Assembly: GCF_006345805.1 (NCBI RefSeq)
Contig: NW_021826398.1
Coordinates: 1 to 12,945, forward strand
DNA: 12,945 nt
Direction: 5' to 3'
DNA from: Octopus sinensis
Taxonomy: Eukaryota
The translations under genes and the position numbers were made by a program. The notes below the pieces were generated by a model, which searched no databases, was not told where the DNA came from, and saw nothing but the letters and a program-made list of their open reading frames with translations. Shown piece by piece: positions 1 to 8,202 of this stretch. The first letter of the stretch is position 1; each line of letters starts with the position of its first letter.

Positions 1-108
1 CTGAAGAGATCATTCTGCACCGTGGAATGTACCGTAAATCATTATACAGTTTCTCACCGGCGAAGGAGCGATGCAGGATGTGTCGAAACGCTTGTAATGA
101 TGAATAAA
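1..108 (+). ncRNA. Candidate type I hammerhead ribozyme with extended stem II (Penelope-like/retrozyme type); 5' strand of stem I lies outside the window
   Basis: Core CUGAAGA (1-7). Stem II is 12 bp, pairing 8-19 with 72-84 (two G-U pairs, one bulged U81). GAAA at 85-88. Minimal stem III is A88-U95 and C89-G94 around loop GCUU. Cleavage triplet GUA at 94-96, then AATAAA at 103-108. Confidence 0.55.
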
Positions 109-146
109 GTTTCCAGTATATTCTCTATCATCCGTATCCATTGTTT

Positions 147-182
<36 letters not shown>

Positions 183-320
183 TACTACTACTACTACTAT
201 AACCCCCCACCACCACTACTACTACACTACTACTACCATCACCCCCCCACTACTACTACTACTACTACTACACTACTACTACTACTACTACACTACTACT
301 ACTACTACTACTACTACTAC
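147..320. repeat. (CTA)n microsatellite with C-rich interruptions
   Basis: Direct reading. It explains the poly-Y/T/L/V ORFs at 10-479. Confidence 0.97.
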
Positions 321-360
321 ACACACATGCATATACATATATATATATATATACACATAT

Positions 361-504
361 ACCTGAAATTTACAGAAAAGCAAAAGACCAAGACAAGTGT
401 ATAAACAACAAGCAGGTGTATTAGTTTGATACTCGGAAAAGTGAGAAAGTATTTTACGTTTCGAGCCTACGCTCTTCAATAGAAAGGAACACGATGAAAT
501 AAAC

Positions 505-544
<40 letters not shown>

Positions 545-585
545 AAAAAATCTTGTAGATTTAGCGGTCAATCATGGCGACCGGA
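361..585 (-). mobile_element. Short interspersed repeat with a hammerhead-like TTGAAGAG...CGAAACGT motif (Penelope pLTR-like, non-autonomous), with internal (AG)n and an adjacent (TA)n tail
   Basis: Minus strand reads CGCCATGATTGACCGCTA...TTGAAGAGCGTAGGCTCGAAACGTAAAATACTTTCTCAC...GTAAATTTC. It resembles an abundant octopus repeat as I recall it; not searched. Confidence 0.45.
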
Positions 586-1013
586 CTACACATATGCATA
601 CATAACTATATGTATGTTTATATAGATAAATGAATGCATGCATGTATATTTATGCATGTATGTATATTATATATATGCATTGCATGCGTATGTATATACA
701 TTTATATATATATACATAGGATGCATATATTTGTACCTTCGTTTAGTTTTGGATTACATAGCAGATAATTAGAAACACTGTGTCAAAATATATAACGTAC
801 AGAACTGCCTGATCAAAGAGCTTACGAGACAAGTACTGTGTGTTTTCCAGCAATTGCTAGGTACTGTATGCACTCCAGTTTTTAAACGAGATTCAGTTTG
901 AGACTACCTGCATAATACATTTGAAAGGGGATTTTTTCTTGATAGAGTCCAGTAAAAGTTTTACTGAAAACAGTGATTGTAATTTCATCGTTTTGGTATT
1001 TTATCGGTAGATA

Positions 1014-1342
1014 TATAAAAGACTCCGCCGGTTACGACGACGAGGGTCCCAGCTGATACGATCAACGGAACAGCTTGCTCGTGAAATTAACGTGCAAATG
1101 GCTGAGCATTCCACAGACACGTGTACCCTTAACGTAGTTCTCGGGGATAATCAGCGTGACACAGAGAGTGACAAGGCTGACCCTTTGAAATACAAGTACA
1201 ACTCATTTTTGCCAGCTGAGTGGACTGGAGCAACGTGAAATAAAGTGTCTTGCTCAAGGACACAACGTGTCGTCGGGAATCGAACTCACAACCTTACGAT
1301 CATGAGCCGAATGCCCTAACCACTAAGCCACGCGCCCTCACA
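1014..1342 (-). mobile_element. Full-length tRNA-derived SINE with a 12-bp target-site duplication
   Basis: Minus-strand Pol III A box TGGCTTAGTGG (1320-1330) and B box GAGTTCGATTCCC (1275-1287), followed by GTGTCCTTGAGCAAGACACTT. Flanked by direct repeat TATCGGTAGATA at 1002-1013 and 1343-1354. Confidence 0.85.
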
Positions 1343-2501
1343 TATCGGTAGATAATTATATTACAAGCCAGTAAATCGTCGGAAAATTTGTCGTTAGGCC
1401 TATTCATCATAGGTAAACACGTCGTCATATTTTTAAACAGCAGAGTATATACATCGCTAAACATTATTTAAAGATTTTATTCGCAGAGTAAATATATCAC
1501 ATTTTATTAAGAGCAGAAAAGAAATTCAAGAGTGGAAAAAAAAATGTAAATGAAATTTACTCAATGTATACTTGAAAGAAGAATATAAACTTTTAAAATG
1601 AGAATCTTAAAAAAATGCTGTTAAAATATAACACTATTTTGAATTAAAGGAAAGAAGAAGTGTTGTAAAAATAGATAAATTAAGATCAATGTCACTTAAG
1701 TAATCCGGTATGTCGCAATCTTGTTATTCATTGACGATGCGATGAATATTGGTACAGCTTTCTTTATGTTTCTTTCTGCGTTGTGGAATTTCCACATGAT
1801 CATTATTATTTCGCATCTTGATAATTTCTTTTCCAAGATTTCTTGAAAAAAAAAAAGAACAAAAACAAAAGAAAAAAAGAAGAAAGGAAAATAAAAAATA
1901 AAAAAATCCAAATCGTTGGAAAGAAACTTTTTTTGTTTGACTAGGAATATCTTTATCATTGTTAATGAAACGAGACGTATTTACTCTGCGAATAAAAGAC
2001 CTCCAAAACCATAAATAACGCTTAACTTTGGATTTACTCTAAAGAAAAAAAATTACAAAACAAAACAAAAAATACGACTATGTATTTCACGACGATGCAT
2101 TTGACATGGCGATAACATTACAGACGCTACATTGGCTGGTTTCTCACACACACACACACAAACACACACCCATGCATTGGTTAATGGATGGTTAACGGGT
2201 TGTGTAATCACTCAATGCATTGATCTGCTTTTTTGAAATAAACATACGCTTTGTTTTAATGGCACCAAGAAAGCTGTAGTATGTTACACAAGCTCTCAGC
2301 TCCGAGTGTACTACTTCATACAGTCAAAATAGTTATTAGTTAATGAAGATGATTACGCAGCTACTGTTTGTGTATCGTTCGTTGACTCATGTTACGCTCT
2401 CTAATCTCTACACGTTTTCTCCCAAAAGCAAAAGTATGTTGCATTCTAGTCAACTGGTTATTAACACTACTATGCGTAAGTAAAATCGTAACTTATGTCT
2501 C

Positions 2502-2585
<84 letters not shown>

Positions 2586-2601
2586 CCTATCAATCTATCT
2601 A
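2502..2601. repeat. (TCTA)n microsatellite, 5' segment of the target array
   Basis: About 25 near-perfect TCTA units ending at the junction TCTA|AACAAG. Confidence 0.97.
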
Positions 2602-2884
2602 AACAAGAAAGAAAATCGAAAGGAAAAATGAGACACTATTGCCCAAGGTTCCCGTGGTCTTTTCCGTAGGTTTTCCTATCCACAGACAAACCTAATCTGT
2701 TTTCCCTTTTTACATTGACATTTCTGTGATACACGATCCCTATTGATCGGCCCCAACTTTTTTTTCTTTTCACGATCCCTTTTGATTGGAATTCGCCCCT
2801 CTTTTTTTTCCTTCTTCCCAAAAAGAAAAGCTCTACTTTGTATTTTGTTCCTTCTGCGTTCAGCACTGCGTGGCCAATAAAGAA

Positions 2885-2885
<1 letters not shown>
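2602..2885 (+). mobile_element. 3'UTR-only copy of a Tx1-like LINE (5'-truncated or non-autonomous), from a diverged subfamily
   Basis: Colinear with 7400-7806. Shared blocks: GAAATCGAAA, CCGTGGTCTTTTCCG, ATTGACATTTCTGTGATA, CGATCCCTATTGATC, CGATCCCTTTTGAT, AAAAGAAAAGCTCTAC and terminal AATAAAGAAA. Flanked by (TCTA)n on both sides. Confidence 0.9.
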
Positions 2886-2968
<83 letters not shown>

Positions 2969-3009
2969 GTCTGCCTGTCTGTCTGTTTGTCTGTCTGTCT
3001 GCCTATCAG

Positions 3010-3058
<49 letters not shown>

Positions 3059-3061
3059 TTA

Positions 3062-3105
<44 letters not shown>

Positions 3106-3157
3106 ATCTATTATCTATCTATCTATCTAGCTATCTATCTATCTATCTATCTATCTA
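2886..3157. repeat. (TCTA)n microsatellite with a (TCTG)n patch, lying between the two LINE copies
   Basis: Direct reading. It explains the YLSI-repeat ORFs at 2786-3158. Confidence 0.97.
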
Positions 3158-3976
3158 AACCAAAGCACTCCGGAAAAAAAGCTCTACTACCCACACCCAC
3201 CATCAACACAGAAGACGACAAGAGAAGCACACAAGCTAATCCGTCATCAACCAAAAACCACTCGACACCTGGAAAAATACCAACACTACCATCAACAGCA
3301 AAACCCAAAGGAACAGAAAAACAAAGAAAACACACACAAACTGATCCCCCATCCCTTATACCGCACTCAACACCCACCAAACACTCAACAACCAACAACA
3401 ACGAAACAACAACACAACCACTTACACAGACATACATAGAAGCCCACAACATACATACCCCTACCCCCTTCTGATTCCTCAGAAATTCGTCGGAAGACGA
3501 AACCTGAGGAATGGCAAATAGCTACAAAAGAAGGAAAATAAAGAGCAGAAACAAACACCAACCAAACCAATGCAAACACGAACAAAGCAGGGGGAAATAC
3601 ATCTCCAAGACATTTCAAAACCCAACGCAAACAACAGCCACACCAACACCACAAAACATATACAGCAAATGCTCACAGCCATAGACACCAAAACACAAAT
3701 TTGATGGAATACATCCAATCAAAAACAAACATAACAGAAGATGACATAAAAACAAACAACCACCCATACACAACACCACCAGACCACATCAAAAATACAC
3801 ATCTCCAAAGTCTGCACCACACACTCAAAGGCATTTTCCCCAGTGCGGTTGGCAAATGCCAAAAATATCTCACAAAGAAACTGTACTGGATCTTCTCGAG
3901 GACAAACCACGGAGGAGAAAGCAAAAACTTTCGAGCAGTAAGTAACCCTCTGTATTCTAATTCATTAGAACTATGA
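3158..3976 (+). pseudogene. C-terminal remnant of LINE ORF1 (low-complexity T/P/K/N/H-rich), frameshifted
   Basis: A/C-rich segment upstream of ORF2. Contains EEWQIATK followed, after a shift, by RRKIKSRNK (about 3505-3555). Last piece (3701-3976) stops at a TGA overlapping the ORF2 ATG. No RRM or zinc knuckle is visible, consistent with 5' truncation. Confidence 0.5.
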
Positions 3977-6900
3977 TCAAGATTGGTTGTGTAAATGCGC
4001 GTGGCTTGGGGTCCCCTTGGAAACAAGGGTACCTCTTAAATGACATAAAGTCACATAAGTTAGAAATCATAGCCATAAGCGAGACCAGACTCCACAATCC
4101 GCGGGCCCTAAAGACCATGTTTGGCGGACAGTTCAACATTTATTTTTCCCCCTGTCTGCCGAGAATGGGCGGTAGTGGCACCGCGGTACTTTTTCACAAG
4201 AGTCTGGATCTCAATGTAAGGACAATATTCGTAGACCCGGAGGGTAGACTGGTCGTCCTGGATGTCGACGGCAGCAATGGGTGCGCTTTTCGGCTCGTAT
4301 CAGTTTACGCACCGCCCTTAACAGGTCGGGCGGATTTCTTTCAACGTCTAGAAGTTTTCTTGGGAACGTCTCGTCCTTTACTCTTAGTGGGGGATTGGAA
4401 TGCTACCTTGGACACGCATGTAGACTACGTGGGTAGAGATAGGAATAGACGGGATGCAATGCCTCAGAGACCTGCTCAGACGCTTTCAACTGTCTGACAG
4501 GTTTCGACTAGACCACCCGAATGCGCCAACGTGGACATGGAGCAACCGCATCGGGTCGTCGAGATCGTATCTAGATAGGATACTGTGTAGGACAGTAGAT
4601 AGAGATAGCATAGGATGTCCACAATTCCACATAGTCAGCTACACGGATCACAAACTTGTGACATGTACGCTAGACTTAGGTAAGACACTTAGGCAGGGTC
4701 CCGGATACTGGAAACTAAACGCGTCTTTCCCATCGAGACAAGTTTTCAGAGACCGGATTAGCACACTAGTAAAGAGGGCTTTGACGGGAGCCATCATCAA
4801 CAACAAATGGTGGTTTGCCCTCAAGAGAGCAGTAAAAGCAGAAGCGATTAGGTACAGCAAAGCACTAGCCATAGATAGAAATAGAGTAGAGGGTGAGCTA
4901 GTTAAGAAGCTAGAAGAGGCAATTAGAAGCGGCATCGCACCGACGTTTTGGCGGCGAGGTTGGCCCTCGACCAACACTTCAACGCCAAACACGAAGGATG
5001 TGCTGTCAGAGCTAGGATGCGTGCTCTAAGGAACGAAGGTGTTGGAGCCGCGAGAGAGGCCCGGGTGGCAGAGGCGCAACAGGGCAACAAAGCCACCATT
5101 CGGTCACTGGTAGATGAACAGGGGCGCGAATTGCTCGAGCCAAGTAAATGTGTGAGGCCTTTCAGCAGCATTTTGCCCGACTGTTCGGAACGAGTGGAGG
5201 GCAAGAACGTAGGGTGGACTTCAGTGCCTACCTACATAGCCTACCACGACTCTCGACAAGAAAGGCAGGGTGCTGCGAAGGTGCCATCACGGCGGCGGAA
5301 GTGCGGGAAGCGATGGCAGAATGCTCGAGGACAAATCACCGGTTTGGATGGTCTACCCTACAGCTTTACAATTGTATGCCAGACTTGTTTGGAGATCTCT
5401 TGGCGGCGGTGTACTGCAACTGGCAGCAAAACGGGAGCATTCCTGGTTTTGTGAGCCGAGGAGCCGTAACACTGCTGAAGAAAGATCTAAACAAGGGAAA
5501 TGTAATAGATAACTTTAGGCCCATCACTCTGCTTAATGCAGACTTGAAAATTTTGGCCAAGGTGCTAGCCAAGAGGTTGGCGCTTGTCATCGAGAAACTG
5601 GTCGACAAGGCGCAAACATGCGCCGTGCCAGGCCGGACCATCCATGACAACCTCCATCTGATGCGCTACATCATAGACAGGGTAGTTAACGAACCTGGCA
5701 TGTGGGGCCCTGATCAACTTGGATCAATCGAAAGCCTTTGATAGGGTAGACCATCGATACTTGGAGGCAGTCCTGAGAGCGGCTGGTTTCGGTCCCGTCT
5801 TCCGCGGCTGGATAGCTGCCTTGTACAGAGGCATCCGTTCGGTAATTCGCGTAAATGGACATCTATCGAGACCTTTCGACATTGCACGTTCGGTCCGTCA
5901 GGGATGCCCCCTCTCGGCGCTTCTATACGTATTGACTCTTGAGCCACTACTGCGGAAGCTGGCGACTCTAAGGGGCATCCCGCGAGAATTGGGATGCGGG
6001 ACGAGCGTGTCTGCATACGCGGACGACGTCACCGTCATAGTGTCTAGCCACGAGCACATCGAGCTGGTCGGCGAGACACTGAAAAACTACGAAGCGGTGA
6101 CAGGAGCGAAAATCAACCGGGAAAAGTCAGTGGGCTTGCGACTAGGCACCTGGAGAAGCAAGCCCATGCCGTCCACCAGCGCCTCCGTCGTGGGACGCTG
6201 GACCGACGGCCCGGTTGAGTTGCTCGGGGTCTGGTTTGGTCCGGACCTCCAAGTGGAGAGAACTGGAACGAGATAACGAGTAGGGTGGTCACTCTCGCCC
6301 GGCAATGGGCCGAGAGGAAACTGTCCCTAAAAGGTCGAGCGGAGGTGGCGAACACGTACATCGCGTCCGTCATCTACTACCGCCTGACCGTCGTACCTTG
6401 TCCGACCCTACCATCACCAAACTACAACGCATCCTCTTCCGCTTCTTGTGGAAAGGATGCGTCCCGATGGTCAGGCGATCCATTTGCTGTCAACACCCGT
6501 TAAAAGGAGGGCTGGGCATGCCGTGGTTGATGATGCGCAGACACGCGCTGAGACTGCGACATCTCTGGCTCTATGTAGACGACGGTGAACAGTGTGGTCG
6601 CCGTTTGTGAGGCACGCTTTCCCGCAGCTCGTCTCCATGACCGAACTGCAGTCGTGGATCAAAAAGAGGCCGAGGAAGGGCGAATGGCACCGCGAGTGTC
6701 GCGTTGCTCTCAAGCAACTCTGCCGTCCTGGTCGACCTTAAGTGACTTCAACACAACCAAAGCATTCTATAGGGGTTTAGTGGAGGGAGGTACGACGACG
6801 AGCTCGGGGCGAACCTGGACGTCGACGAGGAGTACCTGACCCGCCTGTTCGGGACGACTTTCGGGCCAGGGCCCATGACAACTTCCAGAGATCCCTGGCC

Positions 6901-7395
6901 TGGCAGTGCTACCGAGAAGCGCTACCCGTTCGGGATAAGCTCTACAGACACGGCTCGAGAAACACGGGGCCGACCTGCCCGAGATGCGGTCAGAGCGACG
7001 AAACCGTTCTGCACGCACTCGTTTCAGTGTCCAACAATTCCGACCTGTGGGCTTATGTCGAACAACTGCTGTCACGTGTGGGACGAGTCGGTTTATCAGC
7101 TGAGTCTATCGTCAATATTGTCACGCCTCCTTCCTTCAAACGGGAAGGAAGAGCTATTTTCATCATCCTTGTGGCTATGGCGAAAGAATGTATCTGGTGG
7201 ACGCGTCTGAAAGGATTGGAGACAAACACTTTCCTCTCTGGTCAATCTCTCATCAACTTCTTCAAGTACCACTTGAAAAGGAAAGTGAGAGTAGAGAGGC
7301 AAGTTTTGTCTAGCGAATGTTTTAAAAAAAGATGGGTGAATGTAGCAAGAATGGCACGTATGAATGACGAAGCCACCTTGAGCATAGTCCTATGA
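3973..7395 (+). pseudogene. LINE ORF2 polyprotein (AP endonuclease + reverse transcriptase + C-terminal CCHC), split by about 15 frameshifts in this sequence
   Basis: Endonuclease motifs: VNARGL, ISET, SVYAP, VGDWNA, SYLDRIL, YTDHKLV (ORFs 3973-4497 and 4454-5029). RT motifs: NFRPITLLNADLKILAKVLAKRL, DQSKAFDRVDH, RQGCPLS, YADD, LLGVWF (5148-5741 and 5719-6276). Also KGGLGMP (6305-6610) and CPRCGQSDETVLHALVQC (about 6975-7030). The Tx1-like assignment comes from motif style, not a phylogeny. Confidence 0.93.
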
Positions 7396-7701
7396 ACCCA
7401 GAAATCGAAAACAGAGTTGCTTATTTGCAAAAAAAAAAAAAAAAAAAAAGAAATATAAATATAAAATGTGACTTCATTGACCGAGGTTTACCGTGGTCTT
7501 TTCCGCAGGCTTTTCTTTCCACGGGTAAACCTCACCTGTCCTCCCCTTTACACTTCATATTGACATTTCTGTGATAACGATCCCTATTGATCATTTTTTT
7601 TTCCTCTCCCCCCCCCCTTTTTTTTTTTTTAACCCCCCCCTTATTTTTGTCCTCTTTCTCTCCCTTTTACGATCCCTTTTGATCGACCTCCCCCTTCTCT
7701 A

Positions 7702-7732
<31 letters not shown>

Positions 7733-7806
7733 AATACCTTCAAAAGAAAAGCTCTACCTTGTAATTTGTTCTATCTGTGTGCAGCCCTGTGTGGCTAATA
7801 AAGAAA
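7396..7806 (+). promoter_or_regulatory. Structured LINE 3'UTR with terminal AATAAA
   Basis: Stem 7483-7496 pairs with 7519-7533. GATC-CCTATT-GATC hairpin at 7579-7592. CGATC-CCTTTT-GATCG hairpin at 7670-7685. AATAAA at 7797-7802. Confidence 0.6.
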
Positions 7807-7810
7807 CATA

Positions 7811-7824
7811 TCTATCTATCTATC
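7811..7824. repeat. (TCTA)3TC, 3' remainder of the target array
   Basis: Follows AATAAAGAAA-CATA directly. Confidence 0.8.
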
Positions 7825-8202
7825 CCAAGAATGGCAGAGGCTCTCGTTATTTCTAATAATTCTGTGGGGAAGGCAGCTCACCTACGAGAAATATATTCTG
7901 ACGTAACACTCGTAGTGAAAATTGTACGAGACATCTTGCGATGCTTGTCACCGGTGTCTTCTACAGCAACCGAGAGAGTGGCAAAAGTGTTGTATAAGCT
8001 TTTGTCATTGAAATCCAGTGACGTACAAAATGTCTCATTGTTGTTTTGTGTCTTTGATTTAGTGTTTTATAGAATCCTAGGGCAATGGATGCGTGGCGTG
8101 AAAGGTCACATCCGCGCAATATGCAAAGGATGAAAGTAAATCAGAACAATCAGGTTGAATGTGAGACGACTATCATCTGACAAGATGACGCAACCATAAT
8201 CA

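Larger units (their letters stand above)
3158..7806 (+). mobile_element. 5'-truncated L1-clade (Tx1-like) non-LTR retrotransposon inserted in (TCTA)n
   Basis: ORF1 remnant, then APE-RT-CCHC ORF2, then a 3'UTR ending in AATAAAGAAA. Boundaries are set by the TCTA array ending at 3157 and resuming at 7811 after CATA. Confidence 0.9.

Noticed and set aside
10-479. ORFs rich in Y/T/L/V
   Set aside because: Translations of the (CTA)n and (TA)n microsatellites.
781-970. Several possible small exons on either strand
   Set aside because: Multiple mutually exclusive frames and weak acceptors; none can be preferred.
1275-1336. tRNA gene
   Set aside because: A and B boxes are present, but they run into a SINE body with a TSD and lack a proper acceptor stem. 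The same applies to the heads at 9567-9626 and 10564-10650.
2172-2220. ATGCATTG/CAATGCAT inverted repeat
   Set aside because: Only 8 bp, built on a self-palindromic ATGCAT that is common in this DNA.
2502-3157. CRISPR-like repeat-spacer arrangement
   Set aside because: Eukaryotic tetranucleotide microsatellite interrupted by retroelement copies; no fixed-length repeats or spacers.
2389-3158. ORFs with YLSI repeats
   Set aside because: Translations of (TCTA)n.
3495-3512. GAAAC-CUGAGGA as a hammerhead core
   Set aside because: The two conserved segments are directly adjacent, leaving no room for stems III and I, and no stem II follows.
3147-4139. Minus-strand V/C/F-rich ORFs
   Set aside because: Antisense shadows of the A/C-rich ORF1 remnant, which lacks stop codons for compositional reasons.
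4648-7430. Minus-strand ORFs over ORF2
   Set aside because: Antisense frames of a GC-rich coding region, with no recognisable motifs.
7777-8133. 118-aa plus-strand ORF after the LINE
   Set aside because: Starts inside the LINE 3' end and TCTA repeat, and has no recognisable domain.
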